From Perkinsus olseni (Eukaryota): a stretch of DNA of 32,984 nt. The first letter of the stretch is position 1, and each line of letters starts with the position of its first letter. The DNA is taken from assembly GCA_013115125.1 (NCBI GenBank), contig JABANN010000395.1, forward strand, positions 1 through 32,984, written 5' to 3'. The notes beneath the pieces are model-generated. The model was not told where the DNA came from and searched no databases. It worked only from the letters and a program-made list of their open reading frames with translations. Of this stretch, positions 11,830-23,637 are shown piece after piece. The translations under genes were made by a program, and so were the position numbers.

Positions 11830-13950
11830 GTTAGAGTCGGCAACTGAAATAGAAATATAGACAGAACGGACGAACCCGATGGCAGGTCCACCATTCCTTA
11901 TCAACGATACATCCATATCGTCGCTTGTACTGGGCACGAAGACGGCTTGTCTCCAGGCCCAGATGAATGCGCAGCCGAAGGCTTCGGTAGTGTAGCCTCG
12001 CCGTAAGAAAGTCGTTTCGGGATTGCAATTTCGTGTACCTGCATTAACGAGGCGAGAGTTCTATCATGGAACCGATTCAGTGCTACATGCAATTAATTTT
12101 CAGGAAGGTGCCGCGCGGGTTTATTCAGCCCATATTCTGATATTAGTCCTCATTTTCGTACAAGTTCACGCCTAATGGGCGTTGCCCAATCAAGCGCATC
12201 AAATGCAGCTTGTGTGCTTCGAAACTTAACTCAAACGAGTCGCCGTAATGAGACTCTCATCATGGAAGTCGTGTCAGCACTTTAGCACCACCGATCGCAT
12301 TGTAGAAGGACTTCCAACTTCTCCATCATGAAACTAATCGTTCCAAACAACGCCGGTGCTGCACCGGACACCATACGATAGCTCTCCTTGAACGTCCATG
12401 AACCCACCGTCCGAAGTATTGCTAGCCCCGTCAATCATCACCCTCTGTGATTTTATTGGAACCACCTTAGGTCTCGAAGAGCAGAAGCAGCGCTCAGAGC
12501 GAATCGAGTTCTTAGGTAACCCTCACCGTACATTCTCGAATTTCCGTTTTGCCTCTCCAGTGTAGAGCAGTAGACTTCTCCTTCAGTTGTGGAGATCAGT
12601 GTCAAGTACTTATTTAGTGGCTACATGATATGTATCGAATGCACCAGTGGTACCATAGACCAAAGTCATCATCGCTCACTCTCCGACGGAGAGTCTCCGT
12701 ATCTGTCCAAGCCGCTCAGCCTCATCTAAAGTTCTCCTCCAGCCGTTCTGGAGATGCGTAGGTACAGTATAGTTCCGTCGGGCTTGAAAGGGGACATCGT
12801 CATCAGTTATATTGAAGTCTAGTTCAGGCGGAGTCAAATTCCCGAAACGAATATCCCAGTACTCATCCAGCCCTTCACTCTTCAAGGAGGCAAGATATTC
12901 GTCCAGACTGAACTCATATGGTAAAGTATGCATAGTGAAGGGCAGATCGTCTTCACCATCAAGGACAGAAATTAACCACAGCCCATTGATCAGCTCGAAT
13001 CAGCTTAAGAATTGGGATCCAACCGACGCGTATGGAGCTCCGTTGAAGTTGTCGGTTGAGTGACTTGCCACCCGACCTCCAATGTACTATAACAAGCTCG
13101 AATTTGTGGCACAGAATCTTACTATGTCTAGGTGTCACACCATGCGAATGCTGCACTCGACTGAGCCGAGTTTCGGCTATTTAGCATCCCATTCGCCAGA
13201 AAGGAAGACGACCAGGAGCCCCCGACTCAAGAAAGTCACCTTGACTATCACTCTCACTAGTCCAGGTCCGAGGCACGATCTGAGCCCAGTCTGCGAGTTC
13301 CAACTCGCACAAATTCACGTAAAAATAATCACATCACAACAATCCTCAATCCTCAAGCAAGACTAATGAATTCGAGCCCGAAAGTTCCACTTGTTCTCCA
13401 AAAAATACAGCTAGGCATCAGTCCACGTTCATCATTCCATGGACCCCACGATGGCAACACCGCGAATTCATTCCAACCCCTAGTAAACTGCCGACACTGC
13501 ACATGCTTTCCAGGGAATAAGGTAGCACGCGGCACCGCTATGCACGCACGAGTTTTCTCACCTTTATGCAATCTCGATTTCACACCGCTGGGCATTGCGC
13601 GGTAACATTCATCCTCTGAAGTGTTGTGCAACCGTAGTTGACATAAGGAGCTGAAAACTGTAAAATAAGCCCAACAGATAGAGGTGCTCAATTCCTTGGA
13701 GAACCGCCCGTTTCCTGCAGACGCCCGAGATGCTGAGCTGGATAAATGAGCTGCAAGCGAACGCGATGAAGAGCGCTCCGGAACGAAAAACAAAGATCGA
13801 CCCGGAAACACACTTGCCATGATACGCCACGAAACTTCATCATCAGTATTCTATCGGCTCATCAATATCGGAGTCAATATCCTGCCGCTCGTCGTCATAC
13901 ACATCCTCATCATCCCAGTGAATATCGATCATCTGGGCGTGCGCGTAAAA
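11830..13950 (-). mobile_element. Decayed Ty3/Gypsy-like LTR retrotransposon relic
   Basis: 12676..12933 encodes VPFQARRNYTVPTHLQNGWRRTLDEAERLGQIRR, which resembles the segment just upstream of Gypsy RT. 11831-11990 has PGD and CHRVRPF, resembling an integrase C-terminal tail. There is a Cys/His-containing Gag-like stretch at ~13400-13900. It has many stops, and I found no intact RT or LTR. Boundaries are approximate. Confidence 0.45.
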
Positions 13951-14725
13951 CGACGAGTTCTTGCTAACCTACAATCCGCTAGGATAAATTTTTCTGCCCC
14001 CTGCTCCTCTCACCTACCCTCCACCGTTTCTTCAATCTATGCAGACGGTTGATGCAGCACTTCGCAAGTTTGATGCTCGGGAATTTCAAAATAAACGCGC
14101 AAGTACCGTCGGACTGGGGCACCTACGTCAGGTAGGAACGCTTCCGAAGCGATTATCCGGCAATCATACTCGGACGCATCAAGGTACTTCCACGGGAGAC
14201 ACTCTCGGAGAGAGGATTACGAAATTCATGATGCCACCTAACCCGGTCGATTCCCACAAAATGATATCAGTGTGTTGTGAGCGAAATCACGATAGCCAAT
14301 AACGGTTATTGGATAACCCCGACAAGACGAAGAGATTTGGAATCTCAATGGGAAATCTTAGATTTCCCAACTCCGGAAACTACTCTGCCTTTACTGCATA
14401 CACAGGTGCTATGCCAGGGCCGAGAATTGGGGGACAGTAGCTGCGGTATCGAAGATATTCCTCACAATGGCAATCACGGATACTAAGAGTGGCTGAATGA
14501 CACACCCAAGAACATCCTGACCAACGCGCAGTTCCTCGAGAATTTCTTTAACGACAGGCAATACCAACTATCGCTCATTCCGCGCCTTGGTCGACCAAAC
14601 CCTTACTCTATGCACGGACGTGGGGTAGAAACGTAAGCTGTGCAGGAGGCCCTCGAGCTGTTCATTATCGACATCTTCGTGCCAGCCAGCCGAGAAGACG
14701 TTGTACCTGCACGCACGGGAATACG

Positions 14726-14812
14726 ACAACTTCGACAGGCTCAGAGAGCAGTCGCCAGCCGAATGACAACCCGGCAGCCACGGCGCATGGTCCTATGACC
14801 AGCTCTCGAGTG
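14726..14812 (-). mobile_element. Possible integrase HHCC zinc-finger remnant
   Basis: One frame reads LHSRAGHRTMRRGCRVVIRLATAL*ACRSC, and an IYYRPG motif lies upstream (~14940-14955). The H-to-C spacing is shorter than canonical. Confidence 0.3.
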
Positions 14813-15599
14813 CAAGGCCACACGTGCGTTGAATTAACGATAGGTATAGTCATGCAAAGACGATAGATGATACCCGGTCAACGTTGGAGAACCTTAGGTA
14901 CTAAGCGGATCAAGAAACGCAGGAAGCAGAAAAGTGTCCAGGTCGATAATAAATCGAGGCTCGGAAGATATACACTTGCCCTATGATAGAGCCTCCATCA
15001 CGGAGGCCAGGGCAACTCTATGCAGCCAACAGCTCCACATCGTGAGTACTGATTGAAGCTGCATGCTGCTCAGTGCCCTATGCAGCATCATTACGACCCT
15101 CCGACAGGGAAAGTTGCATATTGCATTAGTTGCTGTCATTGCACTACCCAAGAGTTCTCGCCAGAGGAGGGATCCAGGTGATCGGTCACGACAAAAAAAG
15201 GAACTCACCGGCTATCAGGACCGCTCTTCTTAGTCAATGCAATGTCCATCTCGTCACCCGTGCTCGGCACGAAGATGGCTTGCCTTGAAGCCCACACGAA
15301 TGCGCATCCGAATGCCTCACCGTATGCTCGTCGTTTCGGCACCGCGACTTCTTGTACCTGTCGAAACAGTCTATTTCGCGAGAGTCTGTTTCAAACAGAC
15401 TGAGACAGCTTGGCCTAAATATGGAGAAACTCGAATCCAGGGCGAAAAACAGATCGAGAATTCAAAACCGAGAATTCGTCATTTCTGAAATTCCTGATTC
15501 ACGGATGGACATACCCTCGCACACCACTCACAAACTCATGTTTCTGCATTGTTCCCGTCACTGACGGGCTGTCTGCTCAATTGTGTTCAAGTGTAGTCT

Positions 15600-16770
15600 T
15601 GAACTCAAGTCAAACAACTTCGTAATGTTGCATCACCAACAGTGCTACGAATTAGAACTACTTTCGGCTTCTCACGGCAAGATTCACAGAGCCCCTTCAT
15701 CGCCACAGGAGGACAGCGAGTTACTCGGAGTAGATTGTCCGTCTCGTAAAATAAAGTGGTAAAATCCCTCATTCTTCTGACCCTCATTAGAAACTTATCC
15801 GAGAGTTTTATCCAATTTGAACGCGGCGATGACCAGAACAGAAATCTGTCTCCGCAGCCATGACTACTCCACTAGCGATCAAACGAAGTCACATGGAACG
15901 TTTTTCGAACTGATTTTGGTTGGGTCTCTGCCAGCCTTGCGCACAAAGATCCCCTAGGGCTTCTTCCAGCCCCATGGGTACTACTGTAGCCGTGCTCGAA
16001 AGCCTGGGTGAACTGGGTGCACCACTGGGTGCTAAGCACCTCGCCCGTGCCGCAGTCACGTTCCAAGCCATCTCATAGTCTGTACCAAAGTTGCAGCAGA
16101 ACAGACAGTGTCTGCCAAGCACAGTCTCACCTGAGCGGTCTGTTAGACACAAGTACTTGCTAGGGTGTACCAAGCCGAGCATCCTGCCACGCTGAGCGCA
16201 GGCAGTTAGGCAAAATTAGAGGCTGCACGAGACGATCAAATAAGCCAGATGACAAGAAGCTCCGGTACAACAATCCAGAGCTGGAGCATTCCTTCTCATG
16301 TAAAGGACGTTCCAAAACTTCCTGGCAGGCTTCGTGACACCTCCAGATCTTTTCACTGGTGCAGACCACGTTTTCCCAAAACGCGCGTGCGTGACTAACC
16401 CATCGCTCGGAAAACTTTAACCTCTACTTTTCGTGGGATTCCCTTAATCGCGGTGTGCTCGGTCGCACCATCGATGCATTCTCCCAGAGCGCTTCTGACG
16501 GAGCTTTTCAAAATAGCTTCCCCGGGTGTTACCTCACGTCTCGCTCGATAAACAAAACTTCATTCTTGCCATTTTTTACCCGCGGCACGGCGGATTGCCC
16601 GAGTGGTCCTCGGCGTCCTCGGTCGTTGGCCTCCCACACTTAATCCCTGGGTCGGTCCCTCCTGGGGTGGCGATAGCCACGCTTTGCGTATGAATGCCGT
16701 AGAGACTTGTGATCCATAGACGTAGTGAAATTCTCCGCAGGCAGCCAACGGGACCTCAGTCATGGTTAAG
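15600..16770 (-). pseudogene. Fragmented Cys-rich coding relic, possibly KDZ/CxC-type transposase-derived
   Basis: Broken frames read KVEVKVFRAMG..FWENVVCTSEK..ECSSSGLLYRSFLSSGLFDRLV and FYETDNLL..LCESCREKPKVV..GDAT. The last resembles the CxxC..P.VI.DG motif that precedes KDZ catalytic domains. This is recalled similarity only. Confidence 0.25.
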
Positions 16771-17084
16771 TGACTTGGACACGAGGCTGAAGAGTGGACC
16801 CACGCGATTCAGCAAGATCGAGCACCCCCAAAATATCGTGTTTTCCAAAAAGAGAATTATGTGGACCACAGACTGTGGTACACAGCCTCGCCGGCGAGGG
16901 GCCCTGGGCCGCCGACCCATATTCAGCTCTCAGTGAGGGAAGTCGTGAGTTGAGGACGTCATTTATGAGGCACGTGTTCCTAGTGATATCGGTCGTACTC
17001 CCTCAGAACTTCGGCTCCAAAAGATTCCGCGTCAACGAAGAGAATGGTCTCAAAGTTGTTCACGAAGTTTTGAAACACCCTGTA

Positions 17085-19023
17085 TCACAGCTTCATGCCC
17101 TCCTCCCGCCGAGCAAAAAAGATATTGCTTGTGAACCGCGGACACAGTATACGCGAAGTTTGCGCGTCCACGATAAATCCAAATTCGAGAGGCTCCGCCA
17201 TCCACTGCGCCTTAGTCGCATCACCCATCACATCACCACTCACCTTCTCCATGACTCTGACGCTGTCTTTAACTGACTTGCATAGAACATACACCGTGTC
17301 GCTCTGATGACCCTTCCGTTGGAACCGAAACACGATATCCCGGGGATCAACTTCCACGTCGGCATGCTCCTTCAGTATTTCCTGGACCTAAACAGCGAAA
17401 CAACACGCGGAAGATTGAGTGGTCGTATGATAACTCCTTCAATTCGCCTTGAATTATATGCGTCCTGAAGGGTCCCGGGGGTGTCCGTCAGAGTCATTGC
17501 GGCGCTGTGCGGAACCGTTGTGATTTTCAATTCCATGAGCAGCAACATTCGAGCTCAAAGTTCTCCTGCAGTGCTGACGAAGGCCGTACAGGGCCACCTC
17601 AATGGGAATCGCTCTCACTCTTGACAACAGCTATCCTACTTCTGATCGGCCGTAGGTTCTCGGCAACCCGGTAAGCGTCACAACTCGATCAACTTCCCCT
17701 TCACAGCCCATAGCCAATCGCCGTAGGTCGGTCGACAAATTATGAAATCTCTCGGCTTGTTCCACGAACAAGGAGATATCATGCGCATCCAGTGGCCTGC
17801 ATGCAGGCAGCTTCAACGACAACAACCACGCTGTATGAGGGGACCCATTCCAGCGCTACTTCAACTCACAGGCGAGACTCAATGCCCACAATGCAACGAC
17901 AAATTCCTATCACATGATGAAGAGTCCACCACATGAATATCGATGACCACGTTCTACATCTCGACCGCATCATCGCTTCAACTCCGCCGACCTCTCACTC
18001 GAGCAGAAGGCGGATCCCTCCGGCAACATTAATCACAAAATTCGTTCAACGGCGCATCAGCGTGTCAAACGTGACTCGCTGACAGGTAGCGAATGGAGTG
18101 AATACAAAGGACCATAAAACTACTCTCCCGAGACTTACCGGCAGTACACGTCCCGAGGCAACACAGCCTGCAACCGCTCGGCGGTAACTAGTCTATTAAC
18201 CACCGCACATCGACCTGAAAACGGAGGAGTTACGAAAGAGTTGGTATGCGAGGATACGAACCAGTGAATCTGCCTAGTGATGAGCGCATCAACAACACAT
18301 CATCCTCACTAATGTCTTCCCTCGTAACTCTCGACATCAACTCAATCACGTCTGCCACCGTAGTCTGAAGATCGACCATCAACCTAGAGATCCCCGGTTC
18401 GATCCCTGCACCCTGCACCTCCAGAGGAAGCTTCTCGATGAGTAAGGCCTCCTGTCTCTCCGTTATCGCGAATGTATCGAGCGTCGGTATTGACGGGACT
18501 TGAGTAGCCACATGAGGATTCATGTTGTGCGTCGGAAACTCCCTCGTCGCCCAGTCTGACACCTCCTCAACCTCAGGCGATGTGTCACCACCTGAAGGGA
18601 GCCGACACATTCTCGTCGCGAAAAAAAAATTAATCTTCCCTGCTCGACGAGACGAGTACGCGGCGGAGCCGAAGATGTCCTAAGCTCCATGGCGACGCTG
18701 TTAATGTCAAGCAAAATCGCTGGTCCGCCGCAATAAATGGGACACGAGAGCGCTCAGTGACAATGGGGATGTACGGAATTGTAATCACAATCGAGAGGAG
18801 TCAGGGACTCTCGTCTCCATGTATCGCAAGAAAGTCGGAAAGCAGAGACTTATGATACAACGCCCGACGCGTGAGGAATCCGCGAGGCGGACAAAAGTGT
18901 AGAGACGAAAGTGAGCCTTGAGAGCAAGCACCTACCTCCACCCGCGGCGCTGAACCGCCGCAAATGCCGCAGCAGAGATGTAGTGGTCGAACGGGAAAGT
19001 GACGAGTGCCGCAACGACAACAT
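17085..19023 (-). CDS. Putative mitochondrial RNA-binding protein with degenerate RRM/qRRM-like repeats, multi-exon
   Basis: The N-terminus MLSLRHSSLSRSTTTSLLRHLRRFSAAG is Arg/Ser-rich and lacks acidic residues. Repeat 1 reads LLIEKLP..TTVADVIELMS..DDVLLMRSSLGRFTG. Repeat 2 joins across an intron as VVTLTGLPRTYGRSE|VQEILKEHADVEVDPRDIVFRFQRKGHQSDTVYVLCKSVKDSVRVM. Confidence 0.55.
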
Positions 19024-19376
19024 AGTGATTCGAAAACTCCCGTTAAGACTCGTCAACTAAGCTCACTGTAACATTCTGAGAGACCTCATGCCATTCTGAG
19101 AAAGGGCGCTTCAAGTTCATTTACATTTGGCAGTTGCACAGGAACATGCCTACCAGGATGAAATGCAGAAGGGAACGACGACTACTAAACCGCTGTCCCG
19201 CCAATCTTACCTACCACATCGCGGCCTACTCCTGAGCCAACCCAACCCCTCACTATTCACTAGAGCACAACCGGTAACCTCCCCGATTGACCCACTAACG
19301 TAAGACCCCGGAAACCGTGAAATATCATCGGTATATTGTCAACATACAGAAGGCATAAAATACAACAAAGACTCTC

Positions 19377-22300
19377 TCATCGCCAGTTTTTCTTGTAGCT
19401 AACATCAATGCCCCTTGGCACACCCTCAGCCCTGCCATCCCTCTCAGCTCGGTGCTCTCGCTCTCGCTCGATGTTGTGGCTCGACATATCGTGGAACTGA
19501 GGATAAACGAGGTCCTTCCGGGGACTAGAAGAGGCATAGACGGCCGACCATCTCACAGAAATACTCAAATCGGTTATAATAAACCCCCCTACAAAATAAT
19601 AGAACAATGTTCTATCATGACATGTCATGTCATGACGATTTCTTCTACAATTCTAGTACGAGTTCGTTATGAAATTTCATGTGCATGACGTCACAGACCA
19701 TGAATCGCAATAGACTCCAAGAAATTACACAATTTTCAACTATTTTCTAAGGGCTTTATAATAATAAATAGCAGTTAAATAAATTTAATAATATATATTT
19801 GAGATTGAACTATTTGAGATTGATATATTTGAGGAACAGCAAAAAGCTAAAATGTTGTACTACTTCGTAAGGGCTTTATGATGATAAATAGCAATTTGAT
19901 AACCATATTAGTCTATATATAACTACATAGGGTCTACATGCTCATAATGAGATGAGATGTTGATACAATAATAATAGTAATTAAATACTATACAGTTCAC
20001 CTGGGGGAGTTGAGCAAGGCTCAATCGCACCGTATGAAGCGTTTCCTTTGCGTAAAACCAAATAATAACGTAAGAGCCGACAATCGCGAATCAGGTGGAA
20101 CCTCTGGTTAACTTCAGTCCACCCGAAGTTAACTGAGGTCGCCATCCTCCGCATAATAAAATGAGACCATAATAATCAAATAAATATACAACAACGGCGT
20201 CAATCGATTCTCACTCTCATTATCAGTACACCTTTCGAAGTTTATTGATGAATTCCCTTATTGAGCAAGATATCTCAAAAAGGTGATTTGCATAACGGTT
20301 TGGTTCGCACTGTAGACGCTGCTGCGAGTATCTCAGAAGTGCATCCCCGCTCAGCCAACTCCCGAGCCCACCCGTTTAGTTCGGATATTGGTCTCAAACA
20401 TACGCCATCCCATCGCTCGAGCGTCCTTGCCGTGCTCCCATCGCCGCTTGGCACGGTTCGCTTGCAGTCTCTCCTCAGCTACCCGCTTCGCTCCCTTGTG
20501 CTGAGAAACAACAAAAACTGATTCAGTAATTATGCTCAGTGCCAATTCCAAACGTCCGCACGTATGAGCTATGTCCACGTAACGCATAAATAAATTCCCA
20601 GGGAAATAAGAATCGTCTTCGGCCGGCCGTTGTGCATGCAAAACTTCAGTACTTGAAGAGATAAGGATTAATCTTATTGAGAATTGTCACCGAAATTGGA
20701 AACTACCGACACTCAGACACTCTTTCAGCGCTTAGAAACTGACGACATTATTGAACGCTGAAAACACGCCTCCAATGATAGTACTCTCTTAGTAAAAGCA
20801 ACTTCCGCCGGAGCTTATGGCAGCACTCAGTGTGAGTGCCGCTGGTCCGAGAGGACAAAGCTTGACCTATTACAATACATTGGAAAAAGGGAAGAATAGG
20901 GAAAGGGAAGAATAGGAAAAGGGAAGAATAGGAAATTTACTCTTAAGTCGCGCCCAGTGTGACGGGCCTAGTGACTGTGAGCGACTCATCACAGTCACTT
21001 CCTACCAATCGCTCCTCATTCGCCTGTGCTGTGTTATTGGCATACTCCTCATCCTCCCTCTCCTTCTCTAATATCTTCTCACATTCATTCATAACCTGAC
21101 AACCTTAAGCTTCGTGACGGATTTCACAACGTAGCTCGAGTCTCGCTGAAAATCGTTGCCACATAACCCAGTGTCATTGCCGCTTTCTTGAAAAGCGCGC
21201 GCCCAGATGATCGATTATGATATAAACAACCCACATCATTATTGAAGTCCTCTCCCTCCAGATCAAGCGGGTCCTTGCCATCCCTCATCCTCTCCACATT
21301 CTCCTTCTTCCGTCGCTTCAAAACGCGCTTCTTAGCATGCGGGATAATCTAAAACAGCTAGAGGTGTCAGAAAAACAATCTCGCAAGAAATTGGGTGAGA
21401 AACCCTCTTTCATTCAAAGTGGACACACGAGACTATTCTGACGGAAGTCTCGTCAGAGTATTTCCCTGCGTCAGCAGCGATGAATATTTTACCGTTTCGT
21501 CACAGTACGAAACGCCAAATATCACGGTAAGCTGAGTTGAAGACGGCATGCGAGCCCATCATCAATGAGCAGCTTCCGCAGGAAGACCGCAGCGCAGCTC
21601 CACCCTGGTTTTCAGAACGTCCCGCCATCACGACAACTCTTCCCTCACCACCTCTCTATATTTATCGTTGTAATTAGGGTCGTTAATATCCTTGAGTGCC
21701 TTAGCCAGGACCTGGAAGGCCTCTGCTGCCTTGGGGTGGCTGCACTTATCAGGATGGACGAGTAATGACAGTCGACGGTATCTGTCGAACACTCAGACTA
21801 TCACACCACAGGAACACCCTCCAAATTCCGGCTACCCCTAAAGTTAGATTTCAACCTTTTCAAAACCGAGCCGAGAAAGCCAGCGTGAAGTTTCTCCCCA
21901 GGCAATTCATCACCGAGTCAAAATTCTTTTCGTCGAAAATCATAATCCACACGATATTAACATTCGCATAACATGGATCACCACGCCTCTCACCAGCCCC
22001 ACTCACTGTTTCTGTATTTCCTTATCCGTATGCTCTTCGGTCGGGTCCAATAGCAGCACTTCGTACCTGTCAACGACCATTGTCAGGCGCTCCACTCCTA
22101 CACGAAGCTACTGATGCAAACGCATGATGATCACGAAACCCATTTTGGACACGGAACGCATTTTCCTAGTAGTACACTTATGAAACGATTTCGAAAAATA
22201 CAAATCATTTTCGGTCCGATATACATCCCATCACAGCACCTCCATCATTTGCGCTATATAACATGCCAAAAACGAGTTCAAAACGATATGGAAAACAAAA

Positions 22301-23340
22301 ATGAAGTGACGATCGAAGCGAGAAACTGTGCAACTCGCTTCCGAACCATAACCGCGCAGTGTATTTAGATGCGCTATTACAGGGAAGCATCAATATCAAG
22401 CCAGCCACTGCTTGCCAGTCCGAAAAATTCAACTTCGGAAATCCAATAGCACTCCACCGACAATTCGCGTATATTCCCACTGAAAATGCCTCATCCCTTC
22501 TACTCGGATAACGGTTATGACGTTGACAAGCAATGACAATGAATTATCGTACGAAATATCCCGGAGAAGGTGACCTTACGCGCTGCTGAAAACTTTCGAC
22601 GTGAGTCGATCCGCCTGGTAGTTCGGATCGTTGTTGTCCTTCCCGGCGAACCTCTTGTGGAGCGCCTTATCTGAAAAAGGCTACATTTTCTCAACTTCCC
22701 TCTGCCAGTCGAAAAGCGAGGTATCAAGAACCTGAGTTTTCTGTAGTCAAGAAAGATGCGCTGAAACTGTCACAAGGTGATATTCGCTCCAGAAGTTGTA
22801 GCAGATAATAAATTCAGGATAGCAACAAGGAGCAAGCGCCCTCCCCTGGCTCATCCATCACGATTTTTTGGTAAGAGAACATACTATGGTAGCTTGAGGA
22901 CATCCCCGGACATCGCCCTGCTTACAAGAATAGATCATTTTCGCATCTACCCGGTTCGGCTGGGGAATTGGGTCTGATCATCTTCTTTTCAATTTCTGCA
23001 CACGCTGTCCATGGACACATCCCCGCTATGATCTCACGCATTGGGTTGGACATAGCGTTGTGATGAGGTCCAATTATCGAATAATAACTAGTTAATATCT
23101 GAATTTCCTCAGCCATCGGGTGGTTCACGCAAATATTCGTACCACTCCCTCAGTTCAAGGAGTCTTCCCTTTCCATGTACTACTCTTTGCCGTCTGCAAA
23201 TGATTCACCTCATCCTCGAACATCTCCATCAGGTGCGCGAACTCTTCCTCAGTTTTCGCATCGCCCTCTGGCGGAGAGCAGCTGCTGCCGTTAGCGGTCT
23301 TCCCAGCAGGCGGGGTTGCCGAGGAAGAAGAAGAGGACAT
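19377..23340 (-). CDS. DNAJC8: DNAJC8/Spf31-like J-domain protein, multi-exon
   Basis: Spliced read: ..QADRLTSKVFSSA|YEVLLLDPTEEHTDKEIQKQ|YRRLSLLVHPDKCSHPKAAEAFQVLAKALKDINDP (HPD motif at ~21750). This is followed by a charged coiled-coil, RAKRRWEHGKDARAMGWRMF, and a last exon 19377-19496 ending GIDVSYKKNWR*. These features match the DNAJC8 subfamily. Confidence 0.85.
19748..19893. repeat. Two copies of a 26-bp AT-rich direct repeat, 120 bp apart (intronic)
   Basis: taagggctttataataataaatagca at 19748-19773 and taagggctttatgatgataaatagca at 19868-19893. Confidence 0.85.
20885..20932. repeat. 16-bp tandem repeat x3 (intronic)
   Basis: (a/g)aaagggaagaatagg at 20885, 20901 and 20917. Confidence 0.95.
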
Positions 23341-23637
23341 CGGTGGTGGAGAATCTTTTCAGCGCGCAACGATACGGGCGAACATTTCGCCGCTCGTTAA
23401 TACCCAATACGACGCACAACCAGAACAAGAAAACTTTTTCCGAGCCTTCCAAACCCCGCGATTGCTGCACACGGCCTTCTTGCGATGGCGCGATCAATAG
23501 CGATGAGTGACTACACTACACACTAACGACAGAGGAGAGCCCACTCCCGTGAATTGGCTAGTTCTCCAATACAACACTGAATGTAGAATAGCATTGAAAC
23601 GGCGTAGTCTTGTTGCCATCGTCATTCGGCGCACAGT

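Noticed and set aside
17305..17340. Hammerhead-like CTGATGA...GAAAC
   Set aside because: Stem II does not close with a base pair next to the core, flanking stems are not evident, and it is antisense to a coding exon. The similar match at 10941 also fails.
18390..18425. tRNA T-loop-like GGTTCGATCCC
   Set aside because: There is no T-stem, D-arm or acceptor stem pairing, and it is antisense to coding sequence (GIEPG).
22777..23128. Short ORFs between DNAJC8 exons 1 and 2
   Set aside because: A phase-consistent DNAJC8 model skips them, so they are treated as intronic.
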